From contig NC_068983.1 in assembly GCF_001194135.2 (NCBI RefSeq), forward strand, positions 125,021,557-125,061,152: a stretch of DNA of 39,596 bases, given 5' to 3'. Of this stretch, positions 10,415 through 22,499 are shown piece after piece. Origin of the DNA: Octopus bimaculoides (Eukaryota). Under the pieces are notes generated by a model. It saw only the letters and a program-made list of their open reading frames with translations, was not told where the DNA came from and ran no database searches. Numbering within the stretch: position 1 is the first letter of the stretch; every line of letters starts with the position of its first letter. The position numbers and the translations under genes are program-made.

Positions 10415-10735
10415 TATAAAGGGTGCCAAATTTGAAAGGTAAATAATTAAATCGACTTATTATACACATGGTTATATTCTGAATATTTCTAATGAGTTAT
10501 CCCTCCTGTTTCGATATGGAACACAATGTCGGTCATACATCCACCTGCATTGAGTCTGCAGACATTTATGAGCTCCTCGAAGTTTCTGATAACTCTCTCA
10601 CAGACGTGTGGCCCGATGCCTCCAATCACACTCCTGATTTCAACCTTGAGTTCGGAATTGTGCATGGTTTCTTGACGTATATCTGTTATTTCTCATACCC
10701 CCCCCCCATAAGAAGAAATCACAATGGACCGCTGG
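10415..10735 (-). mobile_element. 3' end and TIR of a mariner-type (DDxD, maT/rosa-like) transposon
   Basis: CDFFLWG..YVKKPCTI/ELKVEIRSVIGGIGPHVCERVIRNFEELINVCRLNAGGCMTDIVFH; TA followed by TAAAGGGTGCCAAATTTGAAAGG at 10415-10439. Confidence 0.8.
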
Positions 10736-10738
10736 ACC

Positions 10739-11632
10739 TTTTTATTTACCTTTTATGGTTTGCACTCACGCAGGGCCTGTCATTCCCAACATGTATATCA
10801 CCTGCTTCCATTTTTTACTATACGTATTCGATGACAGGCACCTCCACTCTAGCCTTATTTTCCTTCGTAGAAAGAAAACAAAAATTTACCAGTCCTTGGC
10901 CAAAGATGAAAATACCTGTCACCAATCCTTTCATTTGTGTTCTCCAGATGGTCTCTTTCGCTAGAGCTACGACTACAAGAAAACAAACCTTTACTTCTCC
11001 GTTCAGAGAGGAAGGTGGAGCAATCCTTATAACTGACTCGGAAGACAGTTGTACTCTTCCCAGACGTGATAGCAGTCATTCAACATAAACACACAGCTCT
11101 GCAATCGCCGAACACTGCACAAATGTGCGGCGCGGCAAAGTTTCGTTGTCCGGCTTACATCTTTGGCAGGTGGGTGAGCATGAGTCACCGTGCCTTGCGA
11201 GTTTATATCATGAACTGGTAAGCCCCCCCGCCCGGTAACATTACCTGGCTAGGGACCTCTCGAAGTTGTCCAGGTGCCGAGCTGCAAGCCGACCGACTTT
11301 TCCCTGTTAATTTTCGCTTCTCTCACCGCCTCGTAGTCTTTAATGGCTTTACCTACCCACTGTAGGAGTTTAGCCTCAGACACGATGATGGTGCTATCAT
11401 CCGTGTATGCTGTCACTGATCTTCCATAACCTAGATCTTGCGGGACGCCACTCATACACTCCAGATTCCGCAGTAAGGGTTAGAGAGCCAGCATATACAG
11501 AAGGGAGGAGAGGAGTGGACATCCTTGGGGAACCGAGCGCTTGGTATAGAACGGTTCTAAAGAGAAACCGTTCACCTGAACGATCGAGTCGATGTTGCTC
11601 TATAAAGCTATGATCCAACTGCGTGTAATAAG
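10739..11632 (-). mobile_element. 5'-truncated, internally deleted Tx1/L1-clade ORF2 remnant
   Basis: RT motifs WIIALYSNIDSIVQVNG...RSVPQGCP...AYTDDSTIIVSE...KINREKSVGLQLGTW joined to the C-terminal zinc-finger region CQRCKPDNETL..FVQCSAI; AATAAAAA end near 10739. Confidence 0.85.
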
Positions 11633-11639
11633 GTGTGGA

Positions 11640-13215
11640 TTATCGACCACATCAATTTATATTCTGTGTTTTTCGCTTTGAGGTGATTAATATGTTGCTA
11701 ATGCCGCTGAATTTAATATATTAGTGTTAATGAATGGATTCTTATATACCCTCTCTCTTTTTTTAAATCGATGGTACTCTCTATATAAATTATCCTAATT
11801 CTCCTTATTATTTATTTCTAAATTATATTTATTTAGTTTGTTTTTAAAATTTGTGTTAGGTATGTAATGAATTTCCTGGTTCAACCTGCTATTTCTGAGT
11901 GCTAGGTTATATAGTGAGATGGGGCATAATTATTGAATATATTTTCGTTAATTGATATGTTTGATATTCTGATAAATACCCCGGTTTTCGTTAATTGATA
12001 TTTTCGTTAATTGATATGTTTGATATTCTGATAATTACCCCGGTTTCGATACCGTTTTCGAGACTACGAGAATCATTAGATTTAATATTAATTTACTGCA
12101 TTAGCTTATCCGGTTTATGGTATGGAGAGCATTTAATGCGTTTACCTCTCACTTGTAGACTACGTTTTTTCTCAGACAATTGCCTCCTAAGGGACATGAC
12201 TCCCGGGAGCTGAAGTTGCATGTTCTGCTTAAGGATTTAGTAGCGCTAACCTCATCCGATATATTAATCTTATATTTTGCTTCACAAAAATTTGGTCCCA
12301 TAGGATATTCATTCAAACTGTCACTATTATTATTGCTAAGTTTGTATCTGTTATTTGCCGCAGTAATTGAACCTAAATTTGGAGTAGTTTAGTGGGTTAA
12401 TTTCAAACATAGTTTGTTGAAAATTGGGTGGTATTTGTGTCCTTGTGGGAAGTGTTTCTCGATAATTTTATAAAATAATTTAGGGATGTCCTAACTTAGA
12501 AGAAAAAAGGTAGGTTGAACCAAATTATATCCCGTTTTCTAGATTTCTTATTATCGTTAATATTATTATTAGTAGTACTAACACATTGTTTACAAGTCCT
12601 ATTTCGAAAAACACATGGTTTATGCTTAAACTGTTTATTGGTGTAATTCTTCTAAATATTTATTTCTAAATTATCTTTATTTAGTTTATTTTTAAAATTT
12701 GTGTCAGGTATGTAATGAATTTCCTCGTTAAACTCGCTATTTCTGAATGCTAGATTATATAGTGGGGTGGAGCATAATTATTGAATATATTTTTGTTAAT
12801 TGATATGTTTCATATTCTAATAAATACCCCGGTTTCGGTACCGTTTTAGACACTACGAGGTTCGTTAGATTTACTTACTATTACTGTACTGTATTAGCTT
12901 ATCTGGTTTATGGTATGGAACATACTGACCATTCTTTAAGTTAAGGGTAACTTCCAAAAAATTAGGTATTTTGGTGGTATTATCCACAAATATATTTCTT
13001 AACAAATTTTATTCAAGCTCTTCTAGATTTATCTATATGTTGTAGTGATGAGCTATAGATCGCGAATAAACCATCATCCATATAAAGACCTCCTTTAATA
13101 GTAGGGAAAATATCTTTTATTTCAGAAAGTAGAAAAAAGCCAACCAAATCGTTTTCACTCCTTAGCTCATAAGCGAGCACAAAAACTGTTGTACTGTACA
13201 TGGAGTATCATGTCC
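11640..13215 (-). mobile_element. Penelope-like element (Poseidon-type RT plus GIY-YIG remnants) with an internal duplication
   Basis: GLYMDDGL RT motif; NFLEVTLNL..YVPYHKP; RKRDIIWFN; IIEKHFPQGHKYHPIFNK; CPLGGNCLRKNVVYK; 11810-12126 duplicates 12660-12919. Confidence 0.88.
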
Positions 13216-13224
13216 GCTAAAATG

Positions 13225-13248
13225 TTCTTATATATATAAATATATATA

Positions 13249-13298
<50 letters not shown>

Positions 13299-13428
13299 GT
13301 ATATATAAAATATATATATACATATGTATATACACAGACATATATATACATATATATATATACATACACACACACACACACACACACAGACATATATATA
13401 CATATATATATATACATACACACACACG

Positions 13429-13493
<65 letters not shown>

Positions 13494-13527
13494 TCATACA
13501 TACATACACATATATATATATATATGT
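13225..13527. repeat. Compound (TA)n/(CA)n microsatellite
   Basis: Direct reading; it is the source of several spurious ORFs in the track. Confidence 0.98.
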
Positions 13528-13529
13528 TC

Positions 13530-14045
13530 GTCTACATGACGGTCTACTAACAAATCTACGTGTGTATGTATATACTGTGGGGATAGGGGTATCACTACCT
13601 TTTACGTGTATTCCCTATTTAGTTCGGGGGATGTTTCTTTTATGAGGACGTACTCCTGTATTTTTCAGAGAGGTGGATCCTTCGGGTGCTTGGATAAAAT
13701 GCTGATGTCAAGTGGGCGCAGTATTCCTTTATGTTGGTTTTCGGCATGTTGGTAGAGTATGAAGGAATGTTTTTTGTCGTCATATTGTCTGAAATGTTCA
13801 TCTAATCTCTCCGCAATGCGTCTAGGAGTCTCAGCAAGTGTTCTTGTCTTTACAAGCACCCTATGCTGTAGATTAAAATTCTAGTTCTACAGTTAATGCC
13901 AGGGTTAATCTTATATACCATGCAGTTCACATTTGTGCGTGTGGTATCCTCGAAGGTGTACTTCCTACGTAACTGTGATCCGATGGATTTCCCTGTCTTT
14001 TCAACGATTTTGATGTTGAGTTTGATCTCCTCCTAAATCTACGGG
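13530..14045 (-). mobile_element. Second Penelope-like element (Neptune-like), GIY-YIG endonuclease 3' end
   Basis: LNIKIVEKTGKSIGSQLRRK..CMVYKINPGINCRTRILIYSI..ETPRRIAERLDEH..ILYQHAENQHKG..DISILSKHPKDP; abuts a microsatellite. Confidence 0.8.
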
Positions 14046-14335
14046 CTTGTTTACCATGTGCTCTAGCCTTCGCAAACATTACTACTTGATATTTGTCTGC
14101 CATGTGCTCATCCTGTTTGCTCTGTATCCTAATTCAGTTATCAATATGTTGAATTTCATTTTGTGAGACAAAGCCGAGCTCTTTCATAGCTTCTAAATAT
14201 GTTGTTCACAAGAACTCAGCTTTGTCACACAACACAAAAATCAACGGTCTGATAGCAGACTTATATGGACAGATGATAAAACTAATGCAATTACGTGATT
14301 TAAAATCAAGCTCCCTTTATATTAAGATTAAAGAA

Positions 14336-14545
14336 GCCGGCCAGCCGGCAGAATAGTTGGCACGCCAGAGAGAATGCTTAGCATTTCGCCTGTCATTACG
14401 TTCTGAGTCCAAATGCACCGAGTTCGACTTTGCCTTTCGTACACTCTGGGTCGGTAAAATAAGTAACACTGAAAAATTGAGGTCGATGCAATCGACTGTC
14501 CACACTCCCAAGTTTGTTGAGCTTGTTCTAAAGTCTGAAACCAAA
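14336..14545 (+). mobile_element. tRNA-derived SINE family A
   Basis: GCCGGCAGAATAGTTGGCACGCC..AATGCTTAGC..GTTCTGAGTCCAAAT..GACTTTGCCTTTC. Confidence 0.9.
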
Positions 14546-15140
14546 GTTGGTATTAAAGACCAATAGGTTTTTTTTTCTATAAATTTACTTAATTTTGCTA
14601 CATGATTGTACCGTGTCCTGCATGAAGATTTTTCAAAAGTTTCTAACATGTAGATAGATTTCAACTTTCTTTAACCTGTTTTCAAATGTTTCTTGATTAA
14701 TTTATGTCCGCTAAATATATTGTTGTCATATAGACGAATATTTTAGAACTAAAAGTAAGCTAATATTGGCCTAAATTTCAAGAAAGAAATATGGTTACTT
14801 GATCACTCAGAAATTTCATGGAAATATTTATCGCCTTACAATCTAATCTCATAAAATAAAACACAAAGGCAAAGAACACAAAGACAAAGTAAGATGTATT
14901 CATATCTTCTTCGCCCTGTAAAAAAAAATAAAATAAAAATAAAGTGGATAGTCACAACTTGACAGAATTTTGTCATTTATACGAATTTAGGGCAAAGATA
15001 CGACAACGACAGCAGCAAGAGGAATATCAAACAACATTGCAACAGTTCAAAAATATGGCAATAGGCCAAGCATAGCACTACACACATTACTGAGGGAAAT
15101 GCCTATCAGAATATGTATGCGTCTGTATGTGATGGAGACA

Positions 15141-15145
<5 letters not shown>

Positions 15146-15197
<52 letters not shown>

Positions 15198-15309
15198 GTG
15201 TGTGTGTTACCATAGATAATTCAATGAAGTATTACAGTAAATATTTACGATAATTTAGCCAAACAATATATCAGTAAGGGTAGATGGTAAGAAATTAAAA
15301 TCGAAAAAA

Positions 15310-15368
<59 letters not shown>
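15146..15368. repeat. (TG)n (~15146-15207) and (GA)n (~15313-15368) microsatellites
   Basis: Direct reading. Confidence 0.95.
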
Positions 15369-15370
<2 letters not shown>

Positions 15371-15579
15371 CAGACAGAAAGAAATTGGGACTGAAAAAAA
15401 CAAAGATAGAGAGAAGGAAAATATATTCACAAAGAAAACATATTAGTGCGAGAAATACTGCCAGAGAGGTGGATATGAGGAGCGACATGGAATTGACTGG
15501 TTTAACAAACTTAGTGAAGTAGGAAGTAAGTGATCACGTGGCAAATGTAGTCTGAAATAATACAAGCATGCACACATAC

Positions 15580-15633
15580 AAACATTTTTCTGCTCGTAAA
15601 ACATTTTTCTGCTCGTAAAACATTTTTCTGCTC
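15580..15633. repeat. 19-bp tandem repeat x2.8 (AAACATTTTTCTGCTCGTA)
   Basis: Exact copies at 15580 and 15599, partial copy at 15618. Confidence 0.95.
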
Positions 15634-15659
15634 TTTATCCTTTGTTTAGGATTTACGTG

Positions 15660-16005
15660 TTGGAGTCTGGAAGGCAAAGTCTTCCTGGGTGAAATTTGAA
15701 CTCAATGTGTAAACGGAAGAAATGCCGCTAAGCATCGTCCCCAGTGTGCTAACGATTCTGGTAGCCCACCGCCTCATATATGTATCTGGACATTAGTTTC
15801 AAGATTTTATACGAGACCAACAATATCGGGGCTGGATTAGGTCGATTACATCAACTCCTGTGTGTAACTGATGTTTATTTCTCTAACCCTGAAGGATGAA
15901 ATGCAAAGGCAACCTCGTGGGATTTTGAACTCGGAACGTAAAGACGGACGAAATGCCGCTAAGCATTTTGCCCGGCATACTAACAATTCTGCAAGCTCTC
16001 CTCGT
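15660..16005 (-). mobile_element. Two diverged SINE family A copies (~15660-15775 and ~15805-16005)
   Basis: Both contain AAGGCAA..TTTGAACTC..GAAATGCCGCTAAGCAT..CTAAC.ATTCTG. Confidence 0.88.
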
Positions 16006-16280
16006 TATTTACCTATATATTGCCATTCACTTAAAGATGCCAGTCAGTTCCATACGGAGGTAAGAGGAACAGGGTTGCACTAGAAGTAGCAACCGCTAGA
16101 TAAGAGAAACTAGCTTGTTCCAGAAACCGTGTTAGAAATTTGGTAGGGAGAAAGAAAAGAGACGCTAAATTTTCAAATGTCGTCTCTTTCACGTGCGAAA
16201 ATAGGAACTAATAAATGAATATTAAGTATTGTCGCGAAATTAAGCTATGTTTATGCATGAGATATTGCATGAGAAATATT

Positions 16281-16474
16281 CTTTTCTACTCTAGGCAAAA
16301 GGGGGCCAGTGGATTAGATCGACACCAGCATGCAACTGGTACTTAATTTATCGACCCCGAAATGATGAAAGGCAAAATCGACGACGGCGGAATTTGAACT
16401 CAGAACACGAAGACTAACGAAATACCGCTAAGCATTTCGCCCGGCCTGCTAACGCTTCTGCTAGTTTCGCGCCT
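16281..16474 (-). mobile_element. SINE family A with a perfect 16-bp target-site duplication
   Basis: TTGCATGAGAAATATT at 16265-16280 and again at 16475-16490. Confidence 0.95.
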
Positions 16475-16521
16475 TTGCATGAGAAATATTGCAAAGTGTA
16501 GTAATATAATCACATATCAGC

Positions 16522-16815
16522 GTAGGCATGGCAGTGTGGTAAGAATTTTGTTTTCCAACCACATAGTTGCAGGTCGCTGTGTAGCAGCTTGGGCGAATGT
16601 CCTCTACTATAGCTCCGGGTCGACCAAAGGCTTGCGAGTGGATTTTATACATAGAAACTGAGTGAATCCCGACGTGTATATAAATGTTTATTTGTTTGTC
16701 TCTCAGCGTTTCGGCAAAGAGACCAATGGAATGAGTAGCAGGCTTAAAAGAATAAGAACTCGGGTCAATTCGTTCGACTACAACTTTTCAAGGTTGTACT
16801 CCAGCATGGCCACAA
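16522..16815 (+). mobile_element. tRNA-derived SINE family B (CORE-like body)
   Basis: GGCATGGCAGTGTGGTAAGAA head, CTTGGGCGAATGTCCTCTACTATAGC body, CCAGCATGGCCAC tail. Confidence 0.8.
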
Positions 16816-17139
16816 TGACTTAAAATAAGTAAAATATATGTGTGTGTGTGTGTGTGTTGTTTGTGTGTGTATATGTACGTACACGTGTGTGCGCGGCGGG
16901 AGTGATAGACGGAGGAGAGAGGGAAAATTTCGTTTATAAGAATTTACTGAATTGCCCGTGATGATCGAACTCGACATTTGCCATCGACCTTTCATTTAAA
17001 TTGAACAGTGAAAATGTTTATGTTGATGGAGTTCAAAATTGGAATTTATAAATAGATTTCCTGAAATGTTTACATACAGAATCTAGGAGTTGCACTACTG
17101 AACTATAAGAGCAGAAAAGATTAGAGTCGAAATACATTT

Positions 17140-17239
17140 AGATATGCATGTATGCACGCATCTAAGTATATATGAAATTTTGTGTATGCGTATAAAGATG
17201 TGCGCGCACACACACACGTATGTATATATTTTCATATGC

Positions 17240-17309
<70 letters not shown>

Positions 17310-17345
17310 GTGTGTGTGTGTATTTAAATGTTTGTGTGTATGCAT
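17140..17345. repeat. (TA)n/(TG)n microsatellite
   Basis: Direct reading. Confidence 0.95.
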
Positions 17346-17679
17346 AAGATTTGGCTAGCTTATTACAGAATCCCTGTGAATTCTAAATAGAGAAACCATT
17401 AAAATTGCCTATATTTACATTATTTCTGTATATGTTTTGTGCAAATAAAGTTTGTCTCTAGACAGGTGGACTAATTATGTTTAATAGGAAAATAACACTT
17501 ACAAATAAAAGGTAAACAATATTAGCAACTGAAGAGAACAAGATTGTACACTGTAAAATAGTATTTTGGGTATAAAATAGTTTTTTTGCTGTGTATATTT
17601 TATGCTTATGTCAAGTGTAAATATCACTGATTTTAAAAGAAACCTCAATAGTATTTAAAAACGAATAGTATCAACAAAA

Positions 17680-18289
17680 TTCTTTCCTACATTAGGCACA
17701 AGGCACGAAATTTTGGGGGAGAGGGTTAGTCGATTAGATCGACCCCAGTACGCAACTGGGGCTTAATTTATCGACCTCGAAAGTATGAAAGGCAAAGTCA
17801 TCCTCGGCAGAATTTAAACTCAGAATGCAGAGACTGACGAAATACTGCAAAGCATTGCGTCCGGCATGCTAACATTTCTTATTTCTTTACTGCCCACAAG
17901 GAGCTACACAGAAGGGACAAACAAGGACAGACAAACGGATTAAGTCGATTATACCGACCCCAGTGCGTAACTGGTACTTATTTAATCGACCACGAGAGAA
18001 TGAAAGGCAATGTCGATCTCGGTGGAATTTGAACACAGAACGTAGCGGCAGACGAAATACCTATTTCGTTATTGCCCACAAGGGGCTAAACATAGAGGGA
18101 ACAAACAAGAACAGACGAAGGGATTAAGTCGATTACATCGACCCCAGTGCGTAACTGGTACTTAATTTATCGACCCCGAAAGGATGAAAAGCAAAGTCGA
18201 CCTCGGTGGAATTTGAACTCAGAACGTAGCGGCAGACGAAATACCGCTAAGCATTTCACCCAGCGTGTTAACGTTTCTGCTACCCCGCC
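17680..18289 (-). mobile_element. Head-to-tail trimer of SINE family A (17680-17877, 17878-18061, 18062-18289)
   Basis: Three consecutive cores; only the 18289 unit has a full head; units 2 and 3 share the alternative tail TGCCCACAAGG.GCTA.ACA.AG.GGACAAACAAG. Confidence 0.92.
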
Positions 18290-18349
18290 AGTACCAACAA
18301 AATTACAACATTGAAATCAGCAAGGATAAAAGTACTGTAAATATTAATA

Positions 18350-18490
18350 AGTATTCGTCCGTCTTAACATTCTGAGTTCAAATACTGGCGATGTCAACTT
18401 TGCCTTTTATCCTTTCCAGGGTTTATGAAATAAGTACAAGTCGACATATCCCTTACTCCGAAATAGCTGTCAAAATTTGAAATTATTATC
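18350..18490 (+). mobile_element. Partial SINE family A
   Basis: TATTCGTCCGTCTTAACATTCTGAGTTCAAAT..GTCAACTTTGCCTTTTATCCTTTCCAGG. Confidence 0.8.
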
Positions 18491-18549
18491 AATGATACGG
18501 ACATAATTCAAAACGATAAGAAACATTTAAATTAGCAGGACAATAAAAT

Positions 18550-19380
18550 TGAAATAAAAAGGTGAGGCATGAAAGCCAAAGCAGTATCAATAAGAAACGG
18601 AGCCTTAAGTATGATAAAATATATGAACAAAAGGTACAGATTATAGCTCAAACCACAATGCTATACACAATGCAAAAAAAAAACAACAAAACAAAAAAAC
18701 AAACAAACAAACAAAAACCTTGTTTGGATCAACATAGATTCTACGCAACACAAGTTCCATTCAACAGCACAAGAAATAATACCATCTCAGCAAAATGCTT
18801 TATTCCACCACCAATATTCAGCGAAATTACACAACTCATACAGCACACCCTTTGTGAAGTCACCACAAAACAACACACACAGCATATTCGCTACATATAT
18901 AACACCGAATATAATTACGCAACGCACGAGTCAACATAATTGATGCCTTAAATACTATCAGCAACAATTCGCGCGTGAGATACATTACACAAATGCTGCT
19001 AATTAATATAATATAACCAAAACTGCTAATTAATATAATATGACCATGCAGCTTAGTACATAATTTACTTGACTCAACATTCGATTCTAAAATGTGTAAC
19101 ACCAATCACACAGTATATTCATATCACAAACACCACCCAACAAAATAACACAAATCACATTGCAAATATTTAAAACACGGGCATAACTGTAAAACAAGAT
19201 CAGAAACAAAAGATCGAATTCCCGGAAAAGCAGAACTGGTATGACAGTCGCTAAAAATTCCTGAACTCCAAAACTTACAAAGGTGCACACACTTTTCAAA
19301 CGTGGAGGGGCAGTGAGAGTGCAGAAGAACCTGCATAAACCTGGCGAATAACAACAAACACAAACCAGCAATAATAATAA
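18550..19380 (+). mobile_element. Possible degenerate LINE 3' end (A/C-rich sense strand, (TAA)n end)
   Basis: Strong A/C skew; LCEVTTKQHTQHIRY and HTFQTW motifs reminiscent of an L1/Tx1 C-terminus; ends in AATAATAATAAT. Confidence 0.3.
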
Positions 19381-19510
19381 TCCTTTCCACTATAGGTGCA
19401 AGGCCTGATATTGTGAGGATTATATCGACCATAGTACGTAACTGATACTGCATCAATCCCGAAAGAATGAAATGCAAGGTTGACCTCGGCGGAATTTCGA
19501 ACTCAGAACA
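19380..19510 (-). mobile_element. Partial SINE family A
   Basis: CCCGAAAGAATGAAATGCAAGGTTGACCTCGGCGGAATTTCGAACTCAGAAC. Confidence 0.85.
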
Positions 19511-19629
19511 ACAACAGCACGAACAGCATCAGCAACAAAACTACTTCTATAACAACAATAACAATAATTGTCATAGTGTGCAATATTAATAATGAGAAGC
19601 GGACAGGTAGTGCACAGCGAATGCATTTA

Positions 19630-20980
19630 AGTACCAGATGGTCACACATTAAAATCATTGAAAAGAGGAGAGAGTTATAAGTAGCTAGGAGTATTAGAAT
19701 CTGACAAAGTACTAACTAAAGAAATGAAAACGAAAATTGAGAAAGAGTACATCAGAACGCTGAGGGAGTTAATGAAGTTAAAGCTAAATGATCCGAATCT
19801 AGTGAAGGCTGTAAATACCTGTGCTGTATGGTTACTCGGATAGGCAGCAACCTTTTAGATTGGAAAAACTAAATTACCAAATCTAGAGAGAAGAACTTGG
19901 AAGGAATTCAATATGAATTGAGGACTCAAAAAAAGGGCAGGAGTAGCAAGATAATACCTACCAAGAAAAGAAGGCGGAAGAGGGTTCATATCAGTAGAAG
20001 TCTGCTGATATAGACTTCGACGTAGGTAATACTGAAGAAAGTTTTTTTAAAGCTGCTAAAGTAATAGCAAGACATAGAGAAACCAAAATCCCAAACAAGG
20101 TTAAAAGACAAAGAACAGAACAGAAATTATCTGACTGGCAGGAGAAGGTGTTGCATGGTAGATTCCCTAAGATAGTTGCAGCAAATAAAAGTAGTGAGAT
20201 ATGGTTATGGTTGCAGACAGGAAAGCTGAAGAGGGAGACAGAAAGTTTGTTAGTAGCTGCACAATATCAAGAATTAAGGACTAATTGGATGAAAGCTAAG
20301 ATAGACAAGAAACAAACAAATTCCCAATGTAGATTATGTAAATCAAAAGCAAAAAGTATTACTTTTATAGTAAGTGAATGTAGCATGCTGACACAGAAAG
20401 AATACAAGAAAAGACAATCTAGGAAGAGCAATCCACTAGGAGCCATGTTGAATGCTAGGATTTGACCATGCTGATAAATGGATGAATATGAAACTAGTGA
20501 AGTACTAGAAAGTAAGAAATACAAGATGTTGTGGGACGTTAACACTCAAACTGACAGAGTGATAGAAGTTAGAAGGCTTGATTTGGGAGTAGTAGATAAA
20601 GAGAATAGAAAGTGATAGATAATTGACTTTACAATCCCTAATGATAAAAAAATCAATATGAGAGGTACAGGAAAAACAAAGCAAAGTTCCAGGACCTAGC
20701 TATTGAATTACAGAGACTGTAATTTAATAGCTAGGAAAGTGTGAGTAAGACGTTTCCCAGTAGTTATAGGTGCATTTGGAACTATTCCTAAATATATGAA
20801 AAGATGGAAAGCGGAAATAGACATTCAACCCAGTTTAGTACAGCTCCAGAAAACAGTGTTATTAGGGACGGCTAAGATACTTAGGAGGGCTCTTGGTTAC
20901 TTGTTGTAGCCCGATTTTAGGATTCTTTTCTTTTTCAACAGTCTATTCTGTTGAATATATGTGAACATAATAATAATAAT
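19630..20980 (+). mobile_element. R4/Dong-clade RLE LINE, 5'-truncated and degenerate
   Basis: GESYK.LGVL, KEY..LRELMKLKLN, YLPRKEGGRGFISVE, LKRETESLLVAAQ, CRLCK..ITFIVSEC, LWDVNTQTDRVIEVRRLD, PVVIGAFG, LQKTVLLGTAKILRR; (TAA)n tail. Confidence 0.9.
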
Positions 20981-21846
20981 GGAACTTTACTGTTCAAACC
21001 GACAGAAAAAGAGATGCAAATAGACCAGACATTATATTGAAGGATTTCAGACAAAAATCATGCCTCCTCATCGATATGACAGACATTCCTTAAAACAATA
21101 CTCTGTGCAAAATCAAAAATATAACACCTTAATCTTAACGCCAACCTGAACTTCTAACTTGTCTCTTGAGGTCTGTGGATGAGACTTGGAGTCAACTTGT
21201 ACAAATACAACGCAAATTCCAAACATATAATAATAATGATGATAATAATAATAATAATAATAATAACAACAACAACAACAACAATAATAATAATAATAAT
21301 AATAATAATTTGTATGGACCGGATCATCAAGGCAAATAAACCGGATATTGCTGTGAAAGACAAAAACGATAAAGTCTATTTATCTATTGACATGACCAAG
21401 CTCAGAAAAATATAAAGATTTGGTAATCGAATTCGAAAAGCTGTGGCATCTCTAGACAGTTACAATACCAGTGGTTATAGAAGCACTTGGAATGATCAAG
21501 AACTGAAAATTATTTAAGAATGATCCCTGGATTACCATCCATGCAGGAAGTGCAAAAGATTGTCTTAAGTGGTCCGTCACACATATTGAGAAGAGCATTG
21601 TCGCTGTAAATTTCCTTTTCCCCTTTATTTTATTTTTGTTTACTTCAGTATTTTTTTCGTTTTCCCTGTTTCATATTTTTCTCTATCACATGACTCTGGA
21701 AATGTACAATCTGGTAAGTTTATTTTAATGGCCTACCAATGTATACAGTACATTTTTCTGCCCTAGATGTCAGGAAGACACTCGGCACGAAATGGAAACA
21801 AGTGAAAGATGATGCTAATAAAGATAATGATAATAACAACAACAAT

Positions 21847-21924
<78 letters not shown>

Positions 21925-21945
21925 AATAATAATAATAATAATAAG
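20981..21945 (+). mobile_element. Two further R4/Dong-like 3' fragments (~20981-21310 and ~21312-21834), each ending in (TAA)n/(CAA)n
   Basis: NFTVQTDRKRDANRPDIILKD..CLLIDM; IKANKPDIAVKDK..KYKDLVIEFEKLWHL..QEVQKIVL..HILRRALSL*. Confidence 0.88.
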
Positions 21946-21989
21946 AGAGTGAGTGAGAGAGAGAGAGAGAGAGCCCCGCGCTGAATAAC

Positions 21990-22252
21990 AACATGGATGT
22001 GCTACACCGGGTTCCCCATTCAAAAACAAATCTAATCCAATAACATTGATGGAATTAGATAAAAGAACCTGTGAAAGACTTGAAGGAAGCGGTCTTTTAA
22101 CGAAAGTAATAAAAAGACAAACAAATTTTACTGCCATACAAAGCACAGTTTCTCCTACGCACGATGTCTCAGTGAAACATGTGCGAAACACACGCGATAT
22201 CAACACCAGAAAGTTTACAAATTATAAAAAAAGAAGTGGAAGAAAAAAGTAA
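21990..22252 (+). CDS. ~87-codon open frame of unknown function with a basic C-terminus
   Basis: QHGCATPGSPFKNKSNPITLMELDKRTCERLEGSGLLTKVIKRQ...KKRSGRKK*; the 5' end is lost in a (GA)n tract. Confidence 0.3.
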
Positions 22253-22499
22253 GTACATAAATTGGGTAATTACGCATACACTCGAATGTCTACACAATCA
22301 TATATACATTTTGATACCCACATTTTGATACACATACATCTCAATGTTTACACAACTACGTGAAATTTACAGGACACACATGCATATGAAAACACGTGTC
22401 ACGAACGAAGCAAAACAGAAACAAAATTTTTCTTTTTTATTTTCATTTCTCGAACTAACACACAGTGAACCATTCATAAGTTTAAAAACACCTAAAAAA

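Noticed and set aside
10492-11088. 198-aa plus-strand ORF, the longest in the track
   Set aside because: It is the antisense of the mariner and Tx1 remnants on the minus strand and spans their junction.
13167-13539. Track ORFs of 71-108 aa (YIYI/CVCV), and similar ones at 15245-15488, 17144, 21154, 21720-22206, 26968, 27770, 28240, 28860-29123 and 30240
   Set aside because: Translations of di- and trinucleotide microsatellites; not genes.
18550-19380. Mitochondrial insertion suggested by strong A/C skew
   Set aside because: No recognisable mitochondrial protein, tRNA or rRNA motifs.
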